A stretch of 64,000 nt of DNA from the human T2T-CHM13v2.0 reference genome, Homo sapiens: NCBI RefSeq assembly GCF_009914755.1, contig NC_060931.1; one strand, written 5' to 3'. The position numbers and the translations under genes were made by a program. The notes below the pieces were generated by a model. It saw only the letters and a list, made by a program, of their open reading frames with translations. It made no database searches and was not told where the DNA came from. Position 1 is the stretch's first letter, and each line of letters begins with the position of its first letter. Below are positions 33,740 to 49,869 of this stretch, one piece after another.

Positions 33740-35072
33740 TTAATTATTTACAGTGATCTCAAACAGAAAACAAATTAAGAAAATAGAGAACACACAGGCT
33801 ACATAGAAATTTATATTTTTTAGGCATAGAATAACCAAATTCTCTGTAAGATCGGTACAGCAGCTAGACATAGCCTACGACTGTTGTAGATGAAGGAGAG
33901 TTCTTTGGGATCCACAGACATGGCACTGCCCTATCAGCCACGGATGGTATTTGGGTCAGAATAATATTACCCTAGGTGAGTTGGTACACATTTGAATGCT
34001 TGAAGACCCACTTCCCTATTCCACTTTTCTGTGCTTTAGGTAGTGACAGCTATAAATCATTTGGGAAGATATTTAAAATGGACTTTTTCACAAAATACTA
34101 AAGAAAAAAATGTCAGTCTTTCACAATATAATTTCTCTATTCATAATAAGTAATCATCCATTCATAAAGTCATGTATTGGTTTCAAATATTTGCCAATAC
34201 CATGAAGAAGACATCCTTTTTTACCATCAAGGGACTTGCCCAGGAGTAAGAATAAAGAGAACATAAGCAAAACTCTGGATAAACATGATGGATATTAGAG
34301 AGGTAAAAACATATGAGTGGTTTGGTTTTTAAATGGTTCTGACTTTATTTCTGAAACCCATTATCTGTGTCTGTTCTATCACAAGGATATAGGTTGCTTA
34401 TTACCTGTCTGGTGATAATCTAACCGAAATATGTTCACAGTAACTTGTTAGTTCTGTCTTACCCACTGAAGATAAACCGCAATTATCCCTTGAGGGATAT
34501 ATGACATTTTTAGAGGTATTTGGGAGAAATAACTAATGGGTTGAGTGGCTACTAGATTCCTAATCAACCAGGAGCTACTGTAAGGAATAATTTGAACCAA
34601 ACACAGTTCTAGAACCCTGTTCTTAGCACAGATCTACCTGACTGCGTATGTCTCACTCTACTTTAGTTTTTCAATTTGTAACTTTCCATGAATACCTATC
34701 ACCTCGTCAAGCCATCTCAAGATTCCCAGGCATATAATTCAATGTGTTGTGATATGTCCCAAGTTAGTTTTATCATTGGTGATGTTGTCACTAATAAAGG
34801 GAACTATTTACTGAGTGCCTAATATGTGGCTGAAATCATGGTAGTAGCTTTAACACATATTATCTCACATTATTCTTACGTGAACGCTGTGAGGTAGAGT
34901 GCATTTTCCCCACTTTACAGATTAGGGACCGTCTTACAGATTTTAACTTCCCAGAGTTTCATAACCAGCAAGACAAATCCATCTTCCTGTTTCTACAGTG
35001 GTAGCTTACAAACTATTTTTGTTCAAGGCCAATCATAAAAGTGTAAGAAAAATAATTTACATCTTAACACAG

Positions 35073-35112
35073 CACACACACACGCACGCACGCACACACA
35101 CGCACACACACA
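35073..35112. repeat. (CA)n/(CACG)n compound microsatellite
   Basis: Direct reading. Confidence 0.9.
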
Positions 35113-35221
35113 TTAGTGGGATTCATAATTGCCCAAATATTTTCTTTTCTATATTAACCTACTCATATTCTATCCTATTCTGAAAATTTTTCTCAAACAC
35201 CATCTAAATTGAGTTTACTAG

Positions 35222-35616
<395 letters not shown>

Positions 35617-36439
35617 CCTTTCTTTTTAAAATGAAGTCTTATTTATTTCAAATGTGGCTTTATGTTTTACATTAATTCTACTTCTGTTTATAAAGTTATC
35701 AACAGAGACATATATTGTAAACGGAATTTCCTTTTTAATAGAAGTATCAGTGTATGTCTAATACAAACTAATAGTTATTTATGAACCAAAGAAGGCAGGG
35801 AATTGAAGACAATCCTGAGCTTTAAAAAAAAAAAAAAAAAGACCGGAATAATTGAAACTAGCCAACTAAAGCTTAGCCAGCTGCAGGAATAAGCAGTTCC
35901 AACTTATGATAAAAAACATTTTGGCGCTGACCCTTGACATGACCATAACTTTCAGACTTGGAGAACACAGCACTTGAATTATGGTCGGATAAGCTATGAC
36001 CTAACTCATCCTGCTGATGAGCTAATCCTCTTTTCCAATGTTTCCCCCTGTGGTACTGAAATGATTTAATCAGCTTGATTTAACTCCTTTATAGAAAAAT
36101 TCAGAACAAAACAAAAAAGAAAGAAAAGAATATGCTCTGACATTTATTTGAAAGAAAGCCAAATATATTATAGATCTTCACTTATTTAGAACATGGCATG
36201 ACCATTTGTACTTATACAACTAAGGTAGATGGTGTTTAATTATCAGCTTTCACCATACTGAACACAAACAATTGAGAATGTAAGGATCACATAATTTTGT
36301 CTTTTCTGTATGTAATGTATAAATCGAGTATGAATGTACACATATAATTTGTATTTAGCATCACGTTTTTGAAGGAATATGCTACTGTACTAAAATTATT
36401 TTTGTTTGGAAAAATGAGTAATATTTTCCATTTTCTTTT

Positions 36440-36587
36440 CATGAAATATTGTTAACTGAACACTTAAAGCCGTATCATGTATTTATCACATGAGATACGG
36501 TTAAATGAATATTTAAAGCTGTATCATGTATTTATTTCCATGAAATATTATTAACTGAATATTAAAGCTGTATCACATATTTAATTG
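36440..36587. repeat. Degenerate minisatellite, 3 x about 49-50 bp
   Basis: Units begin catga at 36440, 36489 and 36539 and share ttaa(c/a)tgaa...taaagc(c/t)gtatca...attta. Confidence 0.85.
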
Positions 36588-36819
36588 TGTCACAGTTTTA
36601 CATTTAAATAGCTTAAAGCTTATATAAAAGAAATATGGGCATATATTCAATCTATACATTGAAGAACTAATCAACTCTTCCTTAAGTCCAATAGCAGCCA
36701 AATTTGAGAGGTAAAAGATATATTTTTGGAATGATTTATAGAGTGCACTGAAGAAGAAGATAAAATGTCAAAGACCTTTTATTATTATTACTTGATAAAA
36801 AGAAAATTGTAGAACAGGA

Positions 36820-37465
36820 CTTAATTCTTTAAAACTATTCTTTTTTAAAAAGTTTGAGGCTCACAACAAAATTGAGACTGTACAGAGATTGAACACTGCT
36901 TTATATCTTTCCTTCATTTTCTTCACTCAAGTCTTGCTTACTTCAAATATCTCTCTGTGTTTCACATTAATTCTACTTCTGTTTATAAAGTTATTACCCA
37001 CTACACATGCATATTCCTCCCCACTACCAACATTCTCCACCAAAGTAGTACGTTAGTTACAACTGGTTAAACTACATTGACACCTCATTACTATCCAATC
37101 TCTATAATATACATTAGGGTTCTCTTTTTGTTGTATATTCTATGAGTTTGGACAGGTGTATAATGAAGTGTCTACCATTATAGTGTCTTTCAGAGAAGTT
37201 TCACTGCCCTAAAATATTTCTACTCTGTTCATTTATCTCTGCCCTCCCAACAATCTCTGAACCTTTCATTTTCTCCCGGATTTTGCCTTTCCCATAGTGT
37301 CATAGAGCTGAAATCATACAGACTGGCTATTTAGACTGGCTTTTTTCTGTTATTAATATGCATTTACATTTCCTCCATGTCTTCTTATGGCCTGATAGCT
37401 CATTTCTTTTTATCACTGAATAACATTGCATTGTCTGGATGTACTACAGTTTATGCATTCATCAA
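36820..37465 (-). mobile_element. L1MC-type (L1MC1-like) 3' end, with a foreign insert at about 36891-36995
   Basis: aaaattgag..gtacagagatt, ctacattgacac, tacattagggtt and tttcactgccctaaaa match the recalled L1MC1 3' consensus. Confidence 0.75.
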
Positions 37466-37505
37466 CTTGATTAAATTTTGAGGTGTTTAATTAATAAAAA
37501 AGCTT

Positions 37506-37827
<322 letters not shown>

Positions 37828-38532
37828 TTATTCCTGCTCCTACCACCTCCCCAAGATCAGCCCACTTTTTTTAAATGTTTCTTTATATTATATTTTCATT
37901 TAGTTTTCTGAAAGCAGACCCTGGTCCTCAATCTATCTCCACAGGAGTTATTTTTACACCCTACTCTACCCTTTATTTATTTATTTATTTATTTATTTAT
38001 TCATTTTTTTTTCTTTTGCCCTTTCCCTAAATCTGGCTGAAGCTCACTACTTATCTTCCTCGATTGCAGTTCACTACCCTGAAGAAAAGTCCTTTTTCCT
38101 TTTAAGAAGTTTGCACTAATCTAATGGTTATTCAGAAGCTTAGGAGACAACATGTACGGCAACCAAAAAGTTGCAAGCCTGACTTCTTGACTACAGCTGA
38201 GATGGTAAAATGATAACATGAAATAGTAAGTGAGATCCTTTCTAGCAGCAATAGCCTCTGGTGAGGAAGCTCAAAATTCTATTTTTAATTAACAAAGGCC
38301 AATTTTACACACCCAGTCATCAGTGAAATTCTCTCTTTACAACTAAAATGAAACATAAAGCTGGGCAAAACAAAAGGGTTTGTTTGTTTGTTTTTTGGCC
38401 TCAAGTGATCAGAGCTAAATATTGCTTCAGAGTAAATATTGCAATTGACACTTAAAGTAGTATAATCTGCAGATTCTTCTACTTGCCCTAGGCTATACTA
38501 CTTTAAATATTTCATCACAAAAGTGAAGCAAA

Positions 38533-38606
38533 TGTGTGTGTGTGTATATATATGTGTGTGTGTGTGTATATACACATACACACACATATATATGTGTATG
38601 TATATA
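38533..38606. repeat. (TG)n/(TA)n/(CA)n compound, partly self-complementary microsatellite
   Basis: Direct reading. Confidence 0.9.
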
Positions 38607-39870
38607 CTACAATAGTACAAAATAAAGTGAAAAGTAAGCATTGTAATTAGAGCGTATTAGTCTTTTAGGAATAATTATCTTGTACTTAGCATTTATTTCT
38701 GTTAAAATAAGTTCATTATATATACACATACATACATACACACATACACATTCTTTTCTTCAAAGCTTTAGTTATAAAAAGTAGTTAGCATTAGTCATAT
38801 CGAATGTTGCCTACGATTATCACATTTCTAAGCACATGATTTTCATTATACTCCAATCTAGACACTTCATTTCTTGAAACAATAACCTCAAAAGTTGTAT
38901 TTAATAGATAATTTTAATTCCAGCTTCAGGTTCAATTATTAGCAGATAAGTTTTGGGTAGCTGTTAAATTAGTGCCTCTGGTCCAGTTTGTTTCATTTTC
39001 AAACACTTGCATTTCATATAATGTAAACAGTGACATTTTCTCTATTTCTTAATGAAATAGTCAAAAACAATAACATGGATCACATTTCTAAATTTATAAG
39101 GCAATACAACACTGGCAATTTAGCTTTTTCTTTTAAAATATTGGTTCAATTTACAGAAACGTATCAGATTTATTTATCACATAGTATAATTATATTTCCA
39201 ACATCCATACTATTGGTCATAATGAGTAGCATAGATAATCAGAATAAAAATAGTTGATATTAGTATTGTCATATATTTCATGATTTTTACACTTAATCTT
39301 TCAACTATGCTTGTTGTAGTATATTATAATTATCTTTCATTCTTTATGTTTACCCAAACCGGCAGCAAAATTAGGTAGATGGCATTTTCAGTGAATAAGA
39401 AATGTAATAGAGATGGTGATTCCTTATAAAGAGAAGACAGACTGTGAGATACAGTCCCTGATATGAAACTGGGATCAGACAAACCTCTCTGAGAACATAC
39501 TCTGGTTTTCATCTGTTTGGACATTGGCAAAAACCCCAAACAAGCAATTACAGGGAGAAGGACTTAAAGTATAGGTCTTTGGGGATAACGTTTTAAGAGC
39601 AGAGTAACCTCTGTGAAGGAACAACATTAATAACAGCTCTGGTTGTGTGCAAACAATACTTTTGTACAGTGGTCTTATTTGACCCTACAATTCTGTTTTA
39701 AAGATGAGAAAGTGGAAAGTCAGTAAGTAAACTGTTCGTGAACATATACCAGTCAGTCAACGGAGCAAAAAGGTGAAGACAAATCATCTCATTCCAAACT
39801 TTGGACGCTTTTTAAAAGCAGTAAAAATGAGATCTGTCTACACCAGTGTTATCCAATAAAATTTTCTGAA

Positions 39871-40187
39871 GGCTGAGTTCAGTGGTTCACACCTGTAATC
39901 CTAGTGTTTTGGGAGGCCAAGGCAAAAAGATCATTTGAGTCCAGGAGTTCGAGCCCAACCTGGGCAAAATAGGGAAACTTCATCTCTATAAAAAAAAATT
40001 TTTAATTACCCATTTGGGGTGGCATGCATTTGTAGTCCCAGCTACCTAGGGGGCTGAGCAAGAGGATCACTTGAGCCCAGCAATTCAAAGTTACAGTAAG
40101 CTATGATCACACCACTGCAGTCTGGGCAACAAACAGAGCAAGATTCTGTCTCTTGAAAACAAAAAACAGAAAACAAAAAACAAAAAA
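39871..40187 (+). mobile_element. AluJ inserted into a MER3-like hAT element (about 39843-40310)
   Basis: Diverged Alu with J-type features (cttgagcccag, agctatgatc); TSD aaaa(t/c)tttctg; flanks carry tccaata...gctagtggctaccatat. Confidence 0.8.
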
Positions 40188-40540
40188 ACTTTCTGCACTC
40201 TTCAATACAATAAAATTAACTACCTATGTCTATTTGACCAAAATTATTAATGAATTTAAATTTAAATAGCAGTGGATAGCTAGTGGCTACCATATCAGGT
40301 TGTGCAGGCTCTATACTGTATGCAGATGGATAATTGAAAGTTATTTAAATTATTCTCGGTAATTTGAATATATATAAGTATGGGACAAAAATAATTAAAC
40401 CACCACATATTAAAAGAGCCCATGATGCCAAATTTTCTGTATTTATCACATGAAAAGAAATTCCAATAATCTCCTTAAATTTCACTGTACAGATATTGTT
40501 CAGAATGTATAATATCTTTAAAACAAAAAGGATATGTTGA

Positions 40541-40830
40541 TTTTTTTTTTTTTGAGATAGGGTCTCACTCTCTGATGCCCAGGCTGGAGTGCAGTGGCAT
40601 GTTCACTACAACCTCCACCTCCAGGGTTCAAGAGATTCTCCCACCTCAGCCTCCAAGAAGCTGGAATTACAGGTGTCAGCCACCACATCCAGCTAATTTT
40701 TGTATTTTTTGGTAGAGACGGAGTTTCACCATGTTGGCCAGGCTGGTCTCAAACTCCCGACCTCAAGTCATCTCTGTACCTCGGCCTCCCAAAGTGCTGG
40801 GATTACAGGGGTGAGCAACCACGCGCAACC
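40541..40830 (-). mobile_element. Alu (old S/J type)
   Basis: Full dimer; TSD atatgttga. Confidence 0.9.
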
Positions 40831-41090
40831 AATATGTTGAAATTGAACTTTATGCTATGTATGCACACCAAAACATTGAAACATAATTTATTTAATGAAT
40901 AATGGTAATGACTGGCATTTATTAAGCATTTATAATGTACACAATACTATTTCAAATGAAGTACATGTATCCTGTTTTTCTTCAGTCTCACAATAGTTAA
41001 TAAAATACATACACATATTATCCCCATTTTACATCTAAGAAAACAGAGGTGAGAACAAGTTGCACAGGTACGACTCAAAATGCAGTCTGA

Positions 41091-41415
<325 letters not shown>

Positions 41416-43685
41416 AGAATCGGAGTTTTATACTCTAAGCATGATTCTGTGAGGCTGGACAGAGAAAAATAAATCAGAGGAAACTGTCTTCTGCCTCTCA
41501 ATAAAAGACCTTTGTTTTAAGAGTCTGGTTTTCAAGACTCTTAAGGGTGGATACATTGATTAAATCATAAACATTTGAAAGAAAATTAGAAACCATAGCC
41601 AGAGCTAAGAACTCTAAATTTTCATCTTCCATTTGGCCCATGTCTTGGGCCATCCATCATAATATGTTTGTGAACATGTATTTATATGTGTGCTTGCATG
41701 TGTAAACATGCACATATATTTGCCAAATCTTTATGTATGATTTTTCTTATTGCTCATCTGTGTTTTTGATAGATATACAACTAGCCCTTTATAATCATAA
41801 ACACAATAAATATTCAGGACCCTTAAGATTAGTCATGTAAAACCAGACCCCAGGTACTGAGGATAAAGCATGGAACAAAGCAGGAAAATCCCATTTCCAC
41901 AGAGCTTTCATTCCAGGGGATCAAAGCAAGTGTCCAACACCATTGCATATTTTCTAGCTATGACTAGGTGTTTTTATGAGTGAAATAATGTTATGATGGA
42001 TTTGGGCCTCTGCAGGGTATTAAATCTCTTATTTCCTTTTGCTAGAATATTACAAACTGTAAATAAATATTTTTGAACATGAAAGTACAAAAATGTTAAG
42101 ACAACACTATTATTTAGTATGCAACCATTAAGATGAAAATGAAAATACAGAAACTCCTGTGTGTTGGGTGAATAAATCTAATAATAAAGTAAAGGTGGAA
42201 AATTTGAGGACCAAATTTTACTTGGAATATTCAGATGGAAGAAAAAAGAAACCTGATTATTCAAGTCTAACATATTAAAAACCATTTAATGATTAAAGGA
42301 GAGACTTGAAGAGAAATCATCCCTTACTGGCAGTAATTATGTTAAAAACAGGACCACAAAATTATTGCAAGGAAGAGGTTGGCAGGATAAAATATTTTTT
42401 GAAGTAAAATAATCTGTGGATCATTACTTCTAATGACAATAATTAGAAGTATGAATTCAATACTACAGAGGTACATCAAATGTAAAGGTTGATATAAATA
42501 AATATGAATTGGCCAGTAGACAGAATTTATTTCATCTGTATTCCTGGAGCATTTCTGTGTCAGTAAGTTTATTACCTCAACAGTAATAAGTATATCGACA
42601 TTAAGAAATACACCAATATATTTTAAATATCTACTATGTGTCAGGAATTCCCCTATCTCATAGTCACACAAGCTATGTAGTCTGTTCAGTTTGTGTTTTG
42701 GGGACCCTGACTTTCCTTGTTTGCATTGTGGAAACTGAAATAACTGATCAGTTATAAAAGACCTGTTAAGGTACAGCACAGTAATAAAAAATACACATAC
42801 ACACATATATATTTAATATCCTCAAGACAGTCCTAATAAGAGAAATATCTTCTCAGCACAATTAATGAAGTATACCTTTCAGCAAGAACATTCAGTAAGT
42901 CTATTTGGTGAAAGAACATTTCTCCCAAGGTTCAAGTATCTCATTCTCATTGTACAATTTTCTGTTCTTAATTGATTAACTTCCTGACAGACATTTTCCT
43001 TTTCTATCTAAAATAAGTACTTGGGGCGTGACTCAAATGCACAGAAAACATAAAATGACATAATCCTCCTATTGATATTATAGCTTATTGATATGTGTAG
43101 CATCACAGTGCAAATTAACCATTGCCTCATCAAACAAGCAATGGGAGAGTTGGGGACCAATGATAAGGCATCTAATTTTTTTCAGAGATAGCTGTTACTA
43201 CTCTCAATCTGAAATATCTTCTGGACCCTTTTATACCGTCAGCCTCATTCTCCTTCATGATAGCTGCCACCTCACTAGCAGTGTAATTATTTTCTGGCTT
43301 AAAATCTCATAATGGCTTTCCAATTTCTTCTGGATAAAATTCACAACTTAGCATGACAGGCAAAACTCTTCCCCACCTGGCCTTGGCTACCTCTCTCGCC
43401 TCTTCTGCAGAAGCACAACTGGAGTCCAGGCCAGATCCAGACCTCTCAGTGCTCCTAACAAGTCTATCTTCCTCCAGTCTCCTAAGGTCCTTGGGGCTTT
43501 GACCTTGCCAGGCCCTCTTTCCTCATTCCACTCCAGGCCATGCCCGATACTTACAAGGTCATGAGCATCATCTGCTCTGGGATGAACAGAAATGACCTTT
43601 TTGAACTCCTATCTTAGTTTAAGTGAATCATGAGGATCCCACATTCCCAGTCATCTTCAGCCTCAAGCTGCACTTTCCAGCCTCC

Positions 43686-43981
43686 TTTTTTTTTTTTTTC
43701 TCTGAGATGGAGTCTCGCTCTGTCGCGCAGGCTGGAGTGCAGTGGCGCCATCTCAGCTCACTGCAACTCTGCCTCCCAGGCTCAAGCAATTCTCCTGCCT
43801 CAGCCTCCCGAGTAACTAGGATTACAGGTGTGCACCACCACGCCCAGCTGATTTTTGTATTTTTAGTAAAGACGGGTTTCACTATGTTGGCCAGGCTGGT
43901 CTCAAACTCCTGACCTTGTGATCCCCCCACCTCAGCCTCCCAAAGTGCTAGGATTACAAGCATGAACCACTGTGCCAAGGC
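43686..43981 (-). mobile_element. AluS
   Basis: Full dimer; TSD tccagcctc. Confidence 0.9.
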
Positions 43982-44032
43982 TCCAGCCTCTTTTTGTATA
44001 CATTTTTGCCAATACTACTTACTACCATCTGA

Positions 44033-44393
<361 letters not shown>

Positions 44394-47300
44394 CATTTTG
44401 CTCACTGATGTATCCCTAACAACTTGAAAAGTAAATATCAATTTATAAGTGATGAATTTTGAATCTATGAATACTGAATGTCTTACAGTTCATACATTGC
44501 CCTTTGATGGGACATTAAAAAATTTTTGAATAGAAATGTGTATGTTGATTTCTCTCCTTGGAACTCCTTTCACATCCTTTCCCACCCTTACTTACTCCCC
44601 TCTCCAACTTTACCTGGATAACTCCAATTTACACTGGATGACTCCTGCAACGGTTCACCTCCTCTTTTCCTCTAGTTTTATTTGGGCTCCTGTAGGCACC
44701 TCACTCTTTTCTCCACATAGTCAGTTCAAAAGTGGTTTACAATATTTATTTTATTATAATATAACTGAACACATAATTGTTCATCTTTTTGCTTGACTTT
44801 AAAGGATCCTCAGCTTTCCTGTGGAAGTTCTAGCATATAATGAGTTTAAATAAATAGATAGGATGCATGAATTAATGAATGAATAAAATAAATTACTAAA
44901 TGGCACACCTATCAATTGAGTGCCTATTATTATTTAAAGGGGGCTAGGAAAATCTTCTCTTTCTTTCTTATAAAACAATTAGGAAGAAACAACAACAAAA
45001 ATTGTTACGCTGACCTGCAACAAGTACCAGACATTTTCTATTACAGATGCAACATTTTGGACATTGTGTAGTCCAACAGAAACAAACAGTATGAGTGTTT
45101 AAATGAGTTAATATACTATATTACGTCCTATTTTAATTACTATATTATTAAAGAAACTAACAGTTACTAATAATTGCTGTTGATTGCTATCTTATATGTA
45201 AAGAAAGGTAATTTCTCTGAAGGCAGTTAATTCAGTTAATGAATACTAAATGGTTGGAGTTGGCATGGGTGGCGATGGAGAAGGGACAGGGATGCTACAA
45301 GGGACAAATGGTGTCTTGTAAAAGTACCAGAGTGCCAGGGTTTCTTCCCAGTTGCACACTCCAGGTGTGCCATCTTATTAATCATTGAATTCCTAGTATG
45401 GAACACACCGCGTGCTATTTAATTAAGACTGACACTTTAGCTGAGGCTTTAAGGAAGCATTGGGTTTTCATGCGATAAGGGCAAAGAAACATTATGTAAG
45501 AAAACTCAGTCCTGAGTGAGAAAAGCAGGTTTAAGTCACAGCAAATAGTTGGATATGGGGTGCATAGGGCAGGGAGATGGAGCGAATAGGGCTGTAGGCA
45601 GATGCTATAGCCTACGTGACATGGTGCTTCATGGCCATGGAACTCTGATTTTATCACCTTCTTCACTGTGACTCTGGATCCTGGAGTCTCATAAAGGTTA
45701 CTTCAGGTGGGAATGAATGTCTCAAAAGGTGGGGATGACTGCAACTCCATGTACTCATGTATCTCCAGCACCCATGCCCTTCACTAAAGCAACTCTGCTT
45801 TAGCTAGCTTTACATATTGAGGATTTAAGTTTGCTTGAAAAATAAGTTTAATTAAAAAATGCTCTGACAGTTGACAGTGAAGGCCTGAAATTTAGAAACC
45901 CAGGAGTAATATAATCAGGCTTCTGTTTGAAAGAACGTTTTGGAGATGGGAAGTCAGGGCCTGCTCTGAGAGCCTGCTAATTGATAGTTTATGATGAATT
46001 AAACTATGACACTGGCAGAACGTTTGGGAAGAAGCAGTTACAATGAGTACTAGAGAGTATTTTGTGATTAACTAAATATGGGAAGTGACGCAGTGGAAGG
46101 TGGGAGGATTCCAGTATTTTAGGACTGGGAAGTGGATAGATTCTTGGATGCTATTCACCAAAATAGAAGGTAGGAATAGTAGCAGGTTTGTGCAGAATCT
46201 AATTAATGAACTTTCAAACACAGTTAGTTTGGTATCTAACTGTTTGAAAGATTTGGACATCCAGACAAAGTGTTCCATCTAAAATACAGTACGTAAATAT
46301 TATTTGTGAGCTGTGTAGGTTGTGTGGGGAGTAATTGAGGTACGTTATGTCTGACAGTGCCAATTTGTTATATGATGCAAAAAAAGTCATGTGTTGAAAT
46401 GAGAAGACATTTAGATAAACTTTAAAAAGTTTAAAAAATCAACATAATTGATCTCGGATACAGTGCCAATAATAAATAATTTTTACATTGTTTTAAAAAA
46501 ACTGAAGAAGTGTTAAGGTCATATAAACATCGGGTAGTAGGAATTTATAGTGACAGATATCTGCATATTTATTAAATTTCTCTTAGGTTATGTTGAGTGT
46601 TCAAGTTGTAGGGACTGATATGGGAGATGACAATTTTGATTGACGGTTGAGGTTGTGAGCCTCAACCATCTTTCTGCAACCATGTTGTAGAAAAAGAAAG
46701 ATTCCAACTGATTTTAAAAGTGTATAAAGAAGGAAATTAACAAATGGTGGGCCCCAAGGATGGAAGCAATATCAGAAATTGGTCATTGAACTGGCAGAGA
46801 CGAGAGATTAGAGACCTGACATTTGCAATGACACAGAAGTGGTATGAAAAAGCTGGAGAGATAATGCATTAGCGATATCTTCAAAAATCAAAAGTCAAAT
46901 ATGGAAACAGTAGTAGTGACATCATTTTTAAATAGGTGATAAGAGGCACTTATATTACAACAAATTATATTACAAAAATAAGTCATCTTCTTCATGAAAT
47001 GCCAAATGGATCATTACATATTACAGTCAAACAAAACCCAGCTATACATATGCATATGTATAAATACATACAACCTTTATGCCTATTTATAATTATTTTT
47101 AAATTTTTATTCTATAAAAACTAAATGTTTTGCTTTTACTATGTATCCTGTAATTGATTATCATTCAGTAGTGAGCATAATTTTTTTTCCTTTTCAGTTT
47201 TGTTTTTTCTTGAGAAGCCCTTATTTTTTAGTTGCTGTATAGAGTAAAAGACTACCTACTCTATTCCTGCTGGAACTGTGGTAATGAAATATGGTGAACT

Positions 47301-48387
47301 ATAACAGCATAAACCAAACCAGATTGTAGCCCCTCTCTGTTCAAAAGTCTGTTATTTTTCAGCCACAAAAACACCTCGTTATACATTAGATAACAGATTA
47401 TTGCAAAGCAAGATTCTATGAATGGAAAGGCATTTCTTTTGTCAGTTTCTGAGTCAAGGCTACTTCAGCCTTGAAAATTTTATTGTTGTCTATTGTTCCT
47501 TCTTCCTCAGGAAAAAAAAAAATAACTATCAAAGGTGGGTCTGAAAAAAAAATAGGGTTAGATATAGTCCTGGACAAGACACTATGTACTTAGTTGTAAA
47601 ATGTGGAGGCCAAGCTTTGAAAAGGAATCAGAGTTTAATTAATCATTGCTGCATGAGGACTACATAGCCCATATTCCTTTCATGTAGTCTGTGTAGAATG
47701 CGTAATTTTCCCAAATTCAAGTACAATCTGTTTTTCCTTTTTTTTTCCATTTTGAAACCTGATTTGATTTTTACCCCTAATAAATCTGGCATCTTCTATT
47801 CAGTAGATAATATAGGCTATTAGAAGAAAAGGAAGTTTTAGGTTTGAATTTCTTACAAAATCACCTAATTTATCAGAATTGTTCTCTTTCTTCCATATGT
47901 GATACAGTTATTTAGACAGACAACATTATCCAGAAATATTTTCTCTTCTTTCTCAAAACTCAAGGACAATATTGTATCTTATAGAATTAAATACAGGACA
48001 ACTTTCTTATTTAATTCAATTTAAGGTATGTGTGTGATACATTTATAGCATGCAGCAGAGAACAAGGAAGTTTTAATTTCTAGAATCATTTTAAAATGTC
48101 CAACCCAAAACACTATTAAACTGTAATACTACACATTAAGAATAGATCCACTGAAACTCATTCCGAGAAAAACAGCAAGTGCGGTGAGGCCTCTCAATTC
48201 ATGATTGAAAGAGAATTATTTAAGAATCTAAAAATATTTTCTAAGAAGAGAAAAATGATGATAAACATATTAGTCACCATACATCTTAAAGGGCTATCAT
48301 GTGGAATATGTACACTTGCTTTAAAAAAGCTTCTATCAACATGTGATTACTTTATGAAAAATAAGTTACATCATTAATAGATGGGAA

Positions 48388-48732
48388 GGCCAGACGCCAT
48401 GGCTCATGCCTGTAATCTCAGCACTTCGGGAGGCTGAGGCGGGCAGATTGCTTGAGGCCAGGCATTCGAGACCAGCCTGGTCAACATGGTAAAACCCTAT
48501 CTCTACTAAAAATACAAAAATTGGCTGGGCATTTTGGCATGCTCCTGTAGTTCCCAACTACTTGGGAGGTTGGGGCAGGAGGATCTCTTGAATCCAGAAG
48601 GCAGAGGTTGCAGTGAGCCAAGATCATGCCACTGCACTCAAGCCTGAGACCCTGTGTCAGAAAGAAAGAAAGAACAAAAGAACGAAAGAATGAAAGAGAG
48701 AAAGAGAAAGAAATAAAGAAGAAAGAAATAAA

Positions 48733-48789
<57 letters not shown>

Positions 48790-48872
48790 AGGGAGAGAGG
48801 GAGGGAAGGAGGGAAGGAAGGAAGGAGGGAAGGAAGAAAGGAAGGAAAGAAGGAAGGAAGAAAGGAAGGGAA
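48388..48872 (+). mobile_element. Old Alu whose tail has expanded into a (GAAA)n/(GGAA)n tract (48659-48872)
   Basis: Alu body 48388-48658 followed by an approximately 210-nt purine-rich repeat. Confidence 0.9.
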
Positions 48873-48893
48873 GCAGTACAACATAAGGCTTAA

Positions 48894-49337
<444 letters not shown>

Positions 49338-49379
49338 TCTATACCAACAATTCTATATTCTACTTTGTGATACTAGAGC

Positions 49380-49863
49380 TGGGACTCGCTAGACTTGTGG
49401 CTCTCCTGGGATCCCTGAGCTCCTTGCAGGAGATTTTTAAGGTCAAAATAATTTTCATAACGGTATTAAGATATTATTTGCTTTTCTTACTCTTATTCTC
49501 TTTTGAATGTACAGTGAAGTTTTCAAGAGGCTATATGACATATGATCCAGTAACAGAAACATAGCACCAGATGTAATTTACCCAGCTGTCTTCCATGAAG
49601 CCAGGCATTAAAGAGATTTGCAATTATGCAAAACAATGCTACCCTTCTTACTATTTTTTGTTTGTTTTTGAAAATAGTTATTTTTCATAATAATGGGTTA
49701 TTTTTTGTTAACAGGTAGTGGTTTGATTCTTGTTATTTTTGGAATGTCCCATCTTTAATATGGCAAATATCAATAGATATCATCCACATAAACATAAGTT
49801 CCTTCAGGTCTTCAATTTTTAAGAGTTCACAGAGTCCTGTGATCAAAGAGTGAGAAACACTGC
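49380..49863. mobile_element. hAT-Charlie non-autonomous element (Charlie4a/MER119-like)
   Basis: ggtcaaaataattttcataa...gaggctatatgac...cagctgtcttc...gagaaacactg resemble the recalled consensus. Confidence 0.65.
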
Positions 49864-49869
49864 TGAAGA

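Noticed and set aside
35941-35986. Short imperfect inverted repeat gaccataa...ttatggtc
   Set aside because: An 8-bp stem with a long loop is within chance expectation.
36440-36587. Repeats at 3833-3920 and 36440-36587 as CRISPR-like arrays
   Set aside because: Eukaryotic context, no unique spacers of regular length and no cas genes; they are ordinary tandem duplications.
42342-42806. 154-aa minus-strand ORF
   Set aside because: AT-rich intron sequence with no recognisable domain or exon signals; consistent with a chance ORF.
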